Shown here one piece after another: positions 42,992 to 52,479 of a DNA stretch of 64,000 nt. Position 1 is the first letter of the stretch. Each line of letters starts with the position of its first letter. Below the pieces are notes generated by a model. The model was not told the DNA's origin and made no database searches. It saw nothing but the letters and a program-made list of their open reading frames with translations. The translations under genes were made by a program, and so were the position numbers. This stretch comes from Christensenellaceae bacterium (GTDB lineage: Bacteria; Bacillota; Clostridia; Christensenellales; DTU072): NCBI GenBank assembly GCA_031259085.1, contig JAIRMA010000004.1, forward strand, positions 41,088-105,087. The letters run 5' to 3'.

Positions 42992-43531
42992 ATGGAAAAA
43001 GGATTTTATTCAGTCAATATAGCAGGTCTCGATACACAGCTTCCATTTGTTGAAGTAACTGATGGTGTGACTGTAGCATTCCTTAATCTTCATGGAAAGC
43101 CAAACTTAACAGAACATTGCGCTTTAAAGCTTGCTGAATTAGCAAAATGTTGTGATGTAATTTTAACCGCTGAAAGCAAGGGTCTACAATTAGGGCATTG
43201 TGTAGCAAGAAATCTAGGACATGAGTTTTATGCTGTCGCCAGAAAAGCGGCAAAACAATATATGAGAGATGGTATCTTTGTTACAGTTAAATCAATGACT
43301 ACTGAAAAGCAACAAACTCTATTCTTATCAGCTGAAGATGCATCGCTATTAGCTGGCAAAAATGTGGCAATCATAGATGATGTAATTTCAACTGGGGATA
43401 GTCTAGCAGCCCTTGAAGAACTCACGTCTCGTGCTGGTGGGATCGTTGTAGAAAAGTTATTTGTGTTAGCAGAAGGGAATGCGGCAGATAGGCCTGACAT
43501 CAAATATTTGGCTAAAATACCATTATTTTAA
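42992..43531 (+). CDS. phosphoribosyltransferase family protein (adenine/purine PRT-like)
   Basis: PRPP-binding loop VAIIDDVISTGDS. 179 aa. Confidence 0.7.
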   Translation: MEKGFYSVNIAGLDTQLPFVEVTDGVTVAFLNLHGKPNLTEHCALKLAELAKCCDVILTAESKGLQLGHCVARNLGHEFYAVARKAAKQYMRDGIFVTVKSMTTEKQQTLFLSAEDASLLAGKNVAIIDDVISTGDSLAALEELTSRAGGIVVEKLFVLAEGNAADRPDIKYLAKIPLF

Positions 43532-43551
43532 CCCGAGGTTTACTGCTGAAT

Positions 43552-44550
43552 ATGTCTAACAATAATAAAAAGACTAAAACTCCAGAATATAAGGTAACGG
43601 AAACTGATGCAGTGCTAATGTTAGCATTATGGTTCCCAATCGTACTAATACTTCAAACTGTGTTGAGTTCTTTTGAGCTTAAAAAATCCCAGATAACCAT
43701 ATTCAATTATATATTCTCACAATTGGCGTTTTTTCTAGCAATTATCATTTATTTCAGAAAGAAAACAGATGCCGCTTTTTTGTCATTGCCATATAAAAAA
43801 ACAACCGACTTTTCTCCATACGTTATGTCATTAGTTATTGCGGTGGCGCTTTTAGCACAGGATCTGATTTTCAGTTATTCATTCGGCTGGTTATTAGAAT
43901 CATGGGATTTAATGCCAAAAATAAGCTTGCCAAATTCCTTAATGTTCCAGATCATTTTTGCATGTCTGTTGCCTGCTATTTTCGAGGAATTTATTTTTAG
44001 AGGTTTTTTGTTTGGGGCTTTGAAAAAACGTGGGAACTTAAAGGCGGCAATTTTAACATCAATAATATTTGCTCTTTTCCATGGAAACTTAGCGCAATTA
44101 GTTCATCAATTTGCTTTGTCAATGATACTCTGTTATGTGGTAGAAACTACAGCGAATCTTCTATTTGCTAATATTATTCACTTTGCAAACAATCTAACAG
44201 TAGTGCTAGTAGCAGCTTACCTGCCAGAAGTATCGAAATTAGACGTGGCATCATCCGCTAATGTTATATCATTGTTAATTATTTGCGCCATTGGAATTGC
44301 AGTTTTATATCCGGCTATATTTCTATTAGTCAAACTCGGTGGGGCCGACTATGATAAACGCATGATTCGTAACTTTTTTAAAAAACCAACTCTAAACAGC
44401 GAAAAAAACTCAGCCGTTGTTGACAAAGTTCCACACACAGATCAATTAAAACAAAATGACGTTTTGAATTTTTTAACGAAACATTCAATCTCAATAGCAA
44501 TTGTATTTTTTTTAGGTTTACTCCTTTTAAATACATTTTTGAGCTCGTAA
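43552..44550 (+). CDS. CPBP (CAAX/Abi) family intramembrane metalloprotease
   Basis: Motifs EEFIFRG, FALFHG and HFANN in a polytopic protein. Confidence 0.8.
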   Translation: MSNNNKKTKTPEYKVTETDAVLMLALWFPIVLILQTVLSSFELKKSQITIFNYIFSQLAFFLAIIIYFRKKTDAAFLSLPYKKTTDFSPYVMSLVIAVALLAQDLIFSYSFGWLLESWDLMPKISLPNSLMFQIIFACLLPAIFEEFIFRGFLFGALKKRGNLKAAILTSIIFALFHGNLAQLVHQFALSMILCYVVETTANLLFANIIHFANNLTVVLVAAYLPEVSKLDVASSANVISLLIICAIGIAVLYPAIFLLVKLGGADYDKRMIRNFFKKPTLNSEKNSAVVDKVPHTDQLKQNDVLNFLTKHSISIAIVFFLGLLLLNTFLSS

Positions 44551-44950
44551 ACTATTAATGCTCTTATGCTTCTAATAATTTTGAAATAAAGGCTTAAGAG
44601 CATTAATGATATTTAAAATGCATATTGTATCACAACGTATGTCGTATTTAGTTTTTAAAATAATATATTTGCTTGATGTTTAGCTAAATCCTGCACTACA
44701 GGAATAATGCAATTCTCATTTTAAATAACTCAAGTTAAAAAACGTTCTATATGGTTCGGTTTACCATCATCAAATTTGTCTAAAGGCCCTGTTTTCTCAC
44801 GTATTTTTTAAGCACTCTAGATCCTATTATAACAGCTGTATATACAGCTAAATAGTATTAATTTCCGCATTTATCAAGTCTTAAAACATAAATTAATGAC
44901 CTCGTTTTGGTTCAAGAAGCTTCTTTAACCCGTGTTAAAACACATGGATA

Positions 44951-45156
44951 AATTCGAAATATCATTAAAAGCGCATGTAAATCTTGACAAAATAAATTTA
45001 AAAAGCTATAATAATCAAGTCAAAAATGGAAGATGGATTTGTATTTTGCATGGCATATAAATGTTTATAAGTTCCAATAAAGTTTGTTAACTACTTTCTT
45101 TATCACACAAAGTAGCTTAAATATTTTGGCATAAAACCAATATCATTTTTATTAGT
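44951..45156 (+). repeat. copy B of the ~200-bp promoter-plus-hairpin element (paralog of 28163-28360)
   Basis: See copy A. Contains a perfect-consensus promoter and the hairpin at 45086-45120. Lies about 300 nt upstream of the second CPBP gene. Confidence 0.6.
44984..45012 (+). promoter_or_regulatory. perfect-consensus sigma-70-type promoter
   Basis: TTGACA (44984-44989), 17-nt spacer, TATAAT (45007-45012). About 440 nt upstream of the ATG at 45459. Confidence 0.6.
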
Positions 45157-45458
45157 ATTTTATTATTATCATATTTTTTGGTCGTCGCGTTAGCTCGCTA
45201 AAAAAGGGAAAGCTATGAAGTTAGCCATCTCCAAAATCACCAATATGGTGAAACTCAGCAAGCTTTCATAAACTTTAAGTGTTAAACTCCTGGCAAAAGT
45301 GTACTGTGACAGAGAAGTGACAGGTAGTGAATGGGATTTCTAAATGCAACATAAAATCTGTCAGCCTTTGGGAATTTCTCTAAAAAATGAAGTTTTCGCT
45401 TGTTTCCTGATATATTAAACTATTTACCAGGCTGGTTTTTACTAAGGAGAATTTAATA

Positions 45459-46547
45459 ATGAGTAAAGCGTTCAAATATGGATTAATCTTTTTAATTACC
45501 GTTATTTTATTACCTATTGTGCGAATGATTTTCTCTATATTACAACTATCTACAAATATGTCAGATTGGTTGTTTTCATTCAGTTTTCAGATCATATGTC
45601 TAGGAATCATACCGTTTATTTTATATAAACTCTTATTTAAAAAGTCGGGGACTGATTTTTTAATAGATATGGGGATTAAAACAAAAATCAACTTTTCTAT
45701 AGTACTCTATGCCGTTTTAATTGGATTATGTGCTTATGTTTTAAACATTATAATTTCAACTTATACACAATATGTTTTTAGACTATTGGGTTATACCTAT
45801 CAATCTGCCCCTGGTACTATTTATAGTTCATTAGAAGTATTAATCCTTGAAATTATAACTAGCGCAATTTTGCCATCTGTTTTTGAAGAAATTACTAATA
45901 GGGGTTTACTGTTAGGTGCATTGTCTAAATCAAAAAGCAACTTAGCTAAATCGCTACTAATAGGGCTGTTGTTTGGGCTTGTTCATCAAAACTCAGCACA
46001 ATTTATTTCTGCATTCGTGATAGGTGTTATTTTAGCTCAAGTTGCAATAAAAACACGAAGTATTATTCCAGCTATGATTATTCATTTTATGAATAACTTC
46101 ATGATTATAATGAGTGGCTATAGTGAACAAACAAATCCTGCTTATTATAATTTTTTAAACAACTTGTTTGTTCTTATTATATCATACTCGTTTATAACTC
46201 TAATAACAGTAGCCATTGCTACTTATGGCATATACTATGCCATAAGGGAGATGCGTAAGAGTGCAGAAATTCAACATACTCAAAATAAGCCTATTAATGA
46301 TACATTCAGTGATATTTTTGCGATCGAACCCCCAAAAGAGGGTTTAGATGATTTTGACTTAATATATAATACACATGCTGACTTTAAGTCTAACGTTGAT
46401 AATGTAGTACAATTTGATAATGTAGTACAAGATAATGTATCACGTCCTTCTTTTAAAAAAGTGATTAGATATATGCCAATTATTATAGCTATAGTAATAA
46501 CCTTTATATCAACGATTTTTACATTTATTTGGGGCGTGATGCGTTGA
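45459..46547 (+). CDS. CPBP (CAAX/Abi) family intramembrane metalloprotease
   Basis: Motifs EEITNRG, FGLVHQ and HFMNN. AAGGAG SD. Confidence 0.8.
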   Translation: MSKAFKYGLIFLITVILLPIVRMIFSILQLSTNMSDWLFSFSFQIICLGIIPFILYKLLFKKSGTDFLIDMGIKTKINFSIVLYAVLIGLCAYVLNIIISTYTQYVFRLLGYTYQSAPGTIYSSLEVLILEIITSAILPSVFEEITNRGLLLGALSKSKSNLAKSLLIGLLFGLVHQNSAQFISAFVIGVILAQVAIKTRSIIPAMIIHFMNNFMIIMSGYSEQTNPAYYNFLNNLFVLIISYSFITLITVAIATYGIYYAIREMRKSAEIQHTQNKPINDTFSDIFAIEPPKEGLDDFDLIYNTHADFKSNVDNVVQFDNVVQDNVSRPSFKKVIRYMPIIIAIVITFISTIFTFIWGVMR

Positions 46548-47005
46548 TTAGAATAAATATATTAGCCGTCGGAAAACTAAAAGAAAAATACTGGGTCGAT
46601 GCGTATGCAGAGTATGCAAAACGTATATCAAGATATGCAAAACTCACACTTGTAGAAATACCAGAGTGTAATGATACTAACGGAATAGCAACACAACTCT
46701 TTAAAGAATCACAATTGATTTTAGATAAATTAACAGGTTTTTCTATACTAACAGACAAAGATGGCGATATCATAAATGATGAAGAGTTTGCTAAAATTTT
46801 CTTAAGCTTGCCAACTCATGGCACATCAGATTTGACATTTTTAGTCGGGGGTCCTAGAGGATGTCACCCTGACATAAAAGCTCGTGTTAATAAAACTATC
46901 TCCTTTGGAAGGTTAACATTCCCACATAGACTAGCTAGAATAATGTTAATTGAACAAATCTATCGGGCTCTCTCTGTGAACAGCGGTTCACCTTATCATA
47001 AGTAG
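46529..47005 (+). CDS. rlmH: 23S rRNA (pseudouridine1915-N3)-methyltransferase RlmH
   Basis: SPOUT-type protein with INILAVGKLKEKYW near the start and a C-terminal GGPRG...FPH motif. The start is probably TTG 46544. Confidence 0.85.
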   Translation: MGRDALIRINILAVGKLKEKYWVDAYAEYAKRISRYAKLTLVEIPECNDTNGIATQLFKESQLILDKLTGFSILTDKDGDIINDEEFAKIFLSLPTHGTSDLTFLVGGPRGCHPDIKARVNKTISFGRLTFPHRLARIMLIEQIYRALSVNSGSPYHK

Positions 47006-47012
47006 GTCGTTT

Positions 47013-47480
47013 ATGTATAAAGATTATTATATGACTATGGCACTATCCTCAGCAAAAAAAGCTATGAAAAATGATGAGGTGCCCGTAGGTGCAATTATTG
47101 TTATGAACGACATAGTTATTGCACGTGGATATAACAAAAAAGAAAAATATCAAGATCCTACACTCCATGCAGAAATTGATGTCATCAAAAAGGCGACTCG
47201 TTTGCTCAAGACTTGGAATTTATCTGGCGCAGATGTCTATGTAACACTTGAGCCTTGTTTAATGTGCACTGGCGCATTAATTGCAGCTCGCATAAGAAGA
47301 TTATTTTTCGGTGCTTGGGACTCCAAATATGGCTGTTGCGGTAGCCTTTTAAATGTATCAAAGGATGTTCGCTTTAATCATCAATTTGAAATAGAAGGAG
47401 GAATTATGGAAATTGAATGTCAGAAGCTATTAACTGATTTCTTTAAAGAAAAAAGAGAGGCTCACAAATGTTTATTGTAG
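47013..47480 (+). CDS. tadA: tRNA-specific adenosine deaminase TadA
   Basis: HAE and PCLMC zinc motifs. Confidence 0.9.
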   Translation: MYKDYYMTMALSSAKKAMKNDEVPVGAIIVMNDIVIARGYNKKEKYQDPTLHAEIDVIKKATRLLKTWNLSGADVYVTLEPCLMCTGALIAARIRRLFFGAWDSKYGCCGSLLNVSKDVRFNHQFEIEGGIMEIECQKLLTDFFKEKREAHKCLL

Positions 47481-48025
47481 TTGGATTGGGAAACCCCGGC
47501 GATAAATACGCCCACACTTATCATAATCTCGGGTTTTTAGCTGTATCATACATCGCGGACACTCTTAAAATTAAATTCTCTAAACATGAATGCAATTCGA
47601 TTACTGCCTCTTGTATATATCACAATGAGCATGTCGTGTTAGCTAAGCCACTAACATATGTAAATGAGAGTGGTAAAGCTGTGAAGGAATTGCTCTCAAA
47701 ATATCATTCAAATCTAGCAGATGTTATAGTTATTAGTGATGATTTCAATTTGACTAAATTTAATACCAGAGCACGGTTTGGTGGCGGTGATGGCGGGCAC
47801 AATGGGCTTAAAAGCATAATCAGTAATTGTGATAATGGATTCTTTAGAATACGCATAGGCCTTGACAGGAAAATAGAAGATTTCAAAGAACTCGTATTAT
47901 CTAAGATTGATGAAAGTGATTATCCTCTTTATGTTGAATCCTTTGCAAAAATAACCGATGGACTTACACTATTTTTCAAAAGTAACGATATTGATCTCAT
48001 GATGCGAACTATAAACAAGCAGTGA
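47468..48025 (+). CDS. pth: peptidyl-tRNA hydrolase
   Basis: VVGLGNPGDKYAHTYHNLGF N-terminal signature. Confidence 0.9.
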   Translation: MFIVVGLGNPGDKYAHTYHNLGFLAVSYIADTLKIKFSKHECNSITASCIYHNEHVVLAKPLTYVNESGKAVKELLSKYHSNLADVIVISDDFNLTKFNTRARFGGGDGGHNGLKSIISNCDNGFFRIRIGLDRKIEDFKELVLSKIDESDYPLYVESFAKITDGLTLFFKSNDIDLMMRTINKQ

Positions 48026-48082
48026 ATGTTTGTCTTGTTCGCTCGTGTATTTCAGCTTAAATTTGGAGGATTTATTTAACAT

Positions 48083-49252
48083 ATGTATACAGTTATTCTT
48101 AAAAGATCAGAGGACAAGCGCATATTAGCTGGGCACCCATGGGTATATGCTAATGAGGTTTCTAAAATCGAAGGTAAAGATGTACCAGGGTCAGTGTGCC
48201 GCGTTGAGAGTTTTGATCGTAGATTTATAGGCCTTGGTTTTATAAACCATTTGTCTAAAATTATTGTTAGAATGATTTCTTATAATGACATTCAAATCGA
48301 CCAAAAGTTTTTTGAAAATCGAATCAGACAGGCCAATCAATTTAGAATTGATTTAGGATTTAAGGACTGTTATAGAGTCGTTTTTAGCGAGAGTGATTAT
48401 CTGCCAGGACTGATTATAGACAAATTTTCTGATCATCTCGTAATTCAATTATTATCTCTTTGCATGGATAAAAGAAAGTCCATGATTGTTGATATTCTAA
48501 AAGAAGTTTTTTCCCCTGCTTGCATCGTTGAACGTAGTGATTCTAGCATTCGATTAAAAGAAGGATTAAAAGAAATCAAAGGCGTCCTCTGGGGAGCGTT
48601 AAATGAAAATCTAATAATCTCTGAAAATAATATTAAATTTAAAATAAATTTATTAGATGGGCAAAAAACTGGATTTTTCCTCGATCAAAAAATAAATCGT
48701 GAAAAGCTCATGCGCTTTGCAAAGGGGAAGACAATACTCGATGCATTTTGCAACCAAGGTGGCTTTTCTTTATGTGCAGCAGCGAGTGGAGCAAATGAAA
48801 TCACAGCTGTCGACATAGATGATAAAGCGTTGTCATCACTTAAACATAATGCACTAATCAATTCTATTTCTAATATTACGTGCATTGAAGCTGACGTGTT
48901 TGATTTTTTAAGAAAAAGTAAAAGAGAAGGCGTCAAATATGATGTAATAATATTGGATCCACCAGGCTTTATAAAGAGCAAGGACAAAATCAAAGAGGGC
49001 TATGCAGGATATAAGGATATAAATATTTTAGCAATGAAATTATTAACCCATGGTGGAATTTTATTAACTTATAGTTGCTCTCAACATATGACACCAACAC
49101 TGTTTATTAATATGCTAAAGGAAAGCGCTGTGCACGCAGGTGTTACTGCTCGCTTAATAGATTACGGCACGCAAGCCCCAGATCATGCTCCGCTCATCGC
49201 TCTAGATGAAAGTCTATATCTAAAATCTGCAATTCTTAAAATAGACAAGTGA
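48083..49252 (+). CDS. class I SAM-dependent rRNA methyltransferase with PUA domain (RlmI/RlmK-like)
   Basis: N-terminal GHPWVYANEV (PUA-type), SAM fold (LDAFCNQGGFS) and ILDPPGF motif. Confidence 0.8.
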   Translation: MYTVILKRSEDKRILAGHPWVYANEVSKIEGKDVPGSVCRVESFDRRFIGLGFINHLSKIIVRMISYNDIQIDQKFFENRIRQANQFRIDLGFKDCYRVVFSESDYLPGLIIDKFSDHLVIQLLSLCMDKRKSMIVDILKEVFSPACIVERSDSSIRLKEGLKEIKGVLWGALNENLIISENNIKFKINLLDGQKTGFFLDQKINREKLMRFAKGKTILDAFCNQGGFSLCAAASGANEITAVDIDDKALSSLKHNALINSISNITCIEADVFDFLRKSKREGVKYDVIILDPPGFIKSKDKIKEGYAGYKDINILAMKLLTHGGILLTYSCSQHMTPTLFINMLKESAVHAGVTARLIDYGTQAPDHAPLIALDESLYLKSAILKIDK

Positions 49253-49353
49253 TTAATTTAAATCTAGGATCATAAATCTTGTTATGTTTAATCTTGTATG
49301 ATATCATATCAATCACACTATTAAGAAAAGCTATGTTTACAGGTTTTATGTAG

Positions 49354-50097
49354 CTATACACATTCTATGATTAATTTATCACTAACGAGCGCTATTAATT
49401 CACCGTTTGTGGGTTTCTCACCTTTCGCAAAAATCTTAATCCCATACAATGCGTTAATGTTTTCTATTTTCCCACGCTCCCAAGCTACCTCAATTGCATG
49501 TCTTATCGCGCGCTCTACTTTGCTAGGAGTTGTGTTGAATTTTAAAGCTACTGCTGGATATAGTCGCTTTGTTATATTGTTTATCATAGATGGTGATCGT
49601 GTTGACAACTTGACGGCTTCTCTCAAAAACTGGTAACCTCTTATATGCGGTGGAATCCCGGCAGATATTAGAATGTGTGCTAATCTTTCATCCAATGCCC
49701 GTTCAGACGTGTTTTTAACATCAATTGTCTCTGTTAATTCTAAATCCATGAGCGCATTTTGTATGTCATCAAAAATCATATCAGCTTCGAAAGGTTCTCT
49801 GTAACTAAATTTAGCACCCATGCGTTTTGCTCGTTCATAATAGTTGTCATCAGCTAACGAACCAACTACCACTTGTAATGGCTTTTCAGGGAGGGCATTT
49901 AAGCTGGATATAAACTCATACCTCTCAGCCGTGGGGATAATGAGTTCTGTTATAATAGCAGAGGGAACACAACGTACAACATGGCGTTCAGCTTCTTCAA
50001 TAGTCAGAGTCTTAATGATTTCCAGTTTGTTGCCAGCCTTATGAAATCGCTCTAACAGCCCTGGTGAACCTAAAATCAATATCTGATAATTGCCCAT
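49354..50097 (-). CDS. spo0A: Spo0A-family transcription factor with a degenerate (pseudo-)receiver domain
   Basis: The C-terminal domain carries the diagnostic Spo0A sequence LYPAVALKFNTTPSKVERAIRHAIEVAWERG and the IRGYQFLREAV helix. The N-terminal receiver-like domain lacks the conserved Asp/Lys residues. AAGGAG SD. Confidence 0.8.
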   Translation of the reverse strand: MGNYQILILGSPGLLERFHKAGNKLEIIKTLTIEEAERHVVRCVPSAIITELIIPTAERYEFISSLNALPEKPLQVVVGSLADDNYYERAKRMGAKFSYREPFEADMIFDDIQNALMDLELTETIDVKNTSERALDERLAHILISAGIPPHIRGYQFLREAVKLSTRSPSMINNITKRLYPAVALKFNTTPSKVERAIRHAIEVAWERGKIENINALYGIKIFAKGEKPTNGELIALVSDKLIIECV

Positions 50098-50435
50098 AAC
50101 TTTCTCCTTATATCTATATTACATTAAGTAATATTATAACCGTCTTGTAAATTCACTCATGATTTGAGTAAAAACAAAGATCCTTATCATAAGCTCAGCA
50201 TTAATAGTACTCTCTGTTAAAGATTTAAATATTTACTTCAACACAATTAATACATGAATGCATTATAGCAATAATTACTGAATGTTTCAAGTGGTTTTTG
50301 CAAACTTATTTTATGACATAAAGTTTGTTTTTGTATGATAATAACGACAATCGTCGAATTTTGTGGAAAATATATAAATCTAATTATTACTCTTTTCCTA
50401 GTGTTTTAAACTACATATTCTATTATGTATAGCCA

Positions 50436-50456
50436 AAACGCCCCCAAGGGGCGTTT
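50436..50456 (-). terminator. rho-independent terminator downstream of yajC
   Basis: 9-bp stem AAACGCCCC/GGGGCGTTT with a 3-nt loop. On the minus strand the GC-rich stem is followed by UUUUGG. Confidence 0.6.
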
Positions 50457-50621
50457 CGTGTGTTTTGATTTGTTTGATTGACTTGTAATTTGCTAATATT
50501 TATGTGTATTACAAAACAATAAAATCATAGTTTTTGTTTTGTCCCCCCGAACTCTCTTATGTAATTAAGTTTGTACATTTTGCAGTAATTTTCAATTCAT
50601 TATGCAAATACAAAGTTTTTT

Positions 50622-50897
50622 TTAAATTTTATTTCTGATTGCATCCCTAATTAGTACAACGTTAACTGGAGGTTCATCGTCACCTTCGCGTGCTATGTTT
50701 ACAACATATCTCATAGTATCAGAATTGTACTCGACAACAGTCCCTATAAAGCCACCAATCGTCAGTACTTTGTCGCCTGTTGTTATGCTTTGCATCATTT
50801 GATTTTGTTTTTTTCTCCTGCGGCTATTTGGTATAACCGTAAACAGAATCATACAAACAAACAAGCCACCTAGCACAATAATCATTTGCCAATTCAT
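50622..50897 (-). CDS. yajC: preprotein translocase subunit YajC
   Basis: 91 aa with one TM helix, a basic stretch, then GDKVLTIGGFIGTV. Confidence 0.8.
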   Translation of the reverse strand: MNWQMIIVLGGLFVCMILFTVIPNSRRRKKQNQMMQSITTGDKVLTIGGFIGTVVEYNSDTMRYVVNIAREGDDEPPVNVVLIRDAIRNKI

Positions 50898-51022
50898 AAA
50901 TCATTCTCCAACAATTTCTAATTAAATAATTTTATCATAAGAAATTGTTTATAGCAAATTTTTTTTAATACTTATTTTTACTCTTTTGATTATTTTGCAT
51001 CTCTAATTCTTAAAACAATTAT

Positions 51023-52426
51023 CTAATCTTTTAGATTTTTGCTTAATATTTTAAATTCTTTAGCATCTATCTTTCTTAATAGCGTTGCAAGTTCATCGTC
51101 ACTCATAGAGGTATTGCGCCCTGCCTCATATTCTTGATCCACACAGTTTTTAAGTTTTTCTACTATTGAATTTCTTTTATCTATTTTCTGTGATCCCTCT
51201 AGTTTAAAATAACCGTTGATCCAATATGCAATCCCTGCTACACCGCTATGACTGTCTACAGCGACTGTGGGTGGACGATTTAATATTCGCGCTGTGTCAA
51301 AAATATTATATATCTCTTGATCTTTTAACATGCCATCTGCATGTATGCCTGCCCTTGTTAAATTAAAATTCCTGCCAACAAAAGGTGTTCTAGGTGGAAG
51401 TTGGTAGCCTATCTCTTTCTCAAAATAGTCTGCTATTTCAGTTATTGCGGCCAAATTCATGCCATCCGCACTACCACGTATTGAAACATATTCTATAGCC
51501 ATAGCTTCTAAGGGACAATTTCCTGTTCGCTCTCCAATTCCTAATAATGAACAATTAACAGCCGATGCACCATATAACCATGCAGTAGTTGCATTATTAA
51601 CCACTTTATAAAAATCGTTATGACCATGCCATTCTAACAACTCACTTGGAAATTCTGCATAATGATGCAAGCCGTATATTATCCCTGGGACACTCCTAGG
51701 CATCGCAGCACCTGGGAACGAAACACCATAGCCTAAGGTGTCACACGCGCGAATTTTGATTGGTATTCCACTCTCATCAGACAAATCCTTAAGCGCTGCA
51801 GCAAAGGGGACGACAAAGCCATAAAAATCCGCTCTCGTAATATCCTCAAAATGACATCTAGGCCTAATACCTTCATTCAATGCGGTTTTGACTATAGCTA
51901 GGTATTTATCCATAGCTCCACGTCTTGTCATGTTCATTTTTTTAAATATATGGTAATCTGAACAACTAACCAGGATGCCAGTCTCTTTTAATTCCATTTC
52001 CTTTACAAGCTTAAAATCATTTTCCGTAGCTCTAATCCAACTTGTAACTTCTGGAAATTCTAATCCCAATTCCCTACATTTTCTTACTGCGGTCTTATCC
52101 TTATGAGAATAAATAAAAAATTCACTCTGTTTAATTTTACCGTTAGGTCCACCAAGTTTTGATAGTAGTGCAAATAAATCTACGATCTGCTTTACTGTGA
52201 ATGGCGATTGTGACTGTTGCCCATCTCTAAATGTAGTGTCTGTTATCCATATTTCATCTGGACTGTACATCGGCACATTTGTAAAATTAAATGCTATTTT
52301 AGGTATTTCACCAAACTCAAAAAGATCTCTGAAAAGCTGAGGGTTTTGTACATCCTGCAATTCATGTGTATAATTATGAACCTCTATCATATTTCTTTTT
52401 TCGTTGAAAAACAGTTTCTCTTTCAT
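51023..52426 (-). CDS. HMGL-like (pyruvate carboxyltransferase fold) enzyme of the isopropylmalate/homocitrate/Re-citrate synthase family
   Basis: DTTFRDGQQS motif and TIM-barrel His motif (HGHND). 467 aa. Substrate cannot be assigned from sequence alone. Confidence 0.65.
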   Translation of the reverse strand: MKEKLFFNEKRNMIEVHNYTHELQDVQNPQLFRDLFEFGEIPKIAFNFTNVPMYSPDEIWITDTTFRDGQQSQSPFTVKQIVDLFALLSKLGGPNGKIKQSEFFIYSHKDKTAVRKCRELGLEFPEVTSWIRATENDFKLVKEMELKETGILVSCSDYHIFKKMNMTRRGAMDKYLAIVKTALNEGIRPRCHFEDITRADFYGFVVPFAAALKDLSDESGIPIKIRACDTLGYGVSFPGAAMPRSVPGIIYGLHHYAEFPSELLEWHGHNDFYKVVNNATTAWLYGASAVNCSLLGIGERTGNCPLEAMAIEYVSIRGSADGMNLAAITEIADYFEKEIGYQLPPRTPFVGRNFNLTRAGIHADGMLKDQEIYNIFDTARILNRPPTVAVDSHSGVAGIAYWINGYFKLEGSQKIDKRNSIVEKLKNCVDQEYEAGRNTSMSDDELATLLRKIDAKEFKILSKNLKD

Positions 52427-52479
52427 TTTAATAACCCTTATTTAGACTGTAAATTATAGCGCTTTTTACAACTTTAAAA

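Noticed and set aside
44834-44849. The AGCTGTATATACAGCT palindrome as a LexA/SOS box.
   Set aside because: The E. coli-type box is CTGT-N8-ACAG and the Firmicute Cheo box is GAAC-N4-GTTC. This dyad (CTGT-N4-ACAG) fits neither. It is kept only as an unassigned palindrome.
45215-45271. 18-codon ORF (MKLAISKITNMVKLSKLS) in the leader of the second CPBP gene, considered as a bacteriocin or leader peptide.
   Set aside because: It is very short, has only a weak SD (GGGAAAG), has no double-glycine or other leader motif, and has no counterpart in repeat copy A.
45180-45420. Possible T-box or other riboswitch in the long CPBP leader (for example AATATGGTGAAAC).
   Set aside because: It lacks the conserved T-box sequence, specifier-loop features and an obvious terminator/antiterminator pair. 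The downstream gene type is also atypical for known riboswitch classes.
50281-50335. Possible third copy of the repeated promoter-hairpin element (shares AATGTTT..AAG and ATAAAGTTTGTT).
   Set aside because: Only two short words match, at different spacing, and there is no hairpin. This is consistent with chance similarity.
50344-50358. ACGACAATCGTCGAA upstream of spo0A as paired 0A boxes (autoregulation).
   Set aside because: Each half matches the TGNCGAA consensus imperfectly (CGTCGAA; TGTCGTT on the other strand). This is too weak to call without comparative data.
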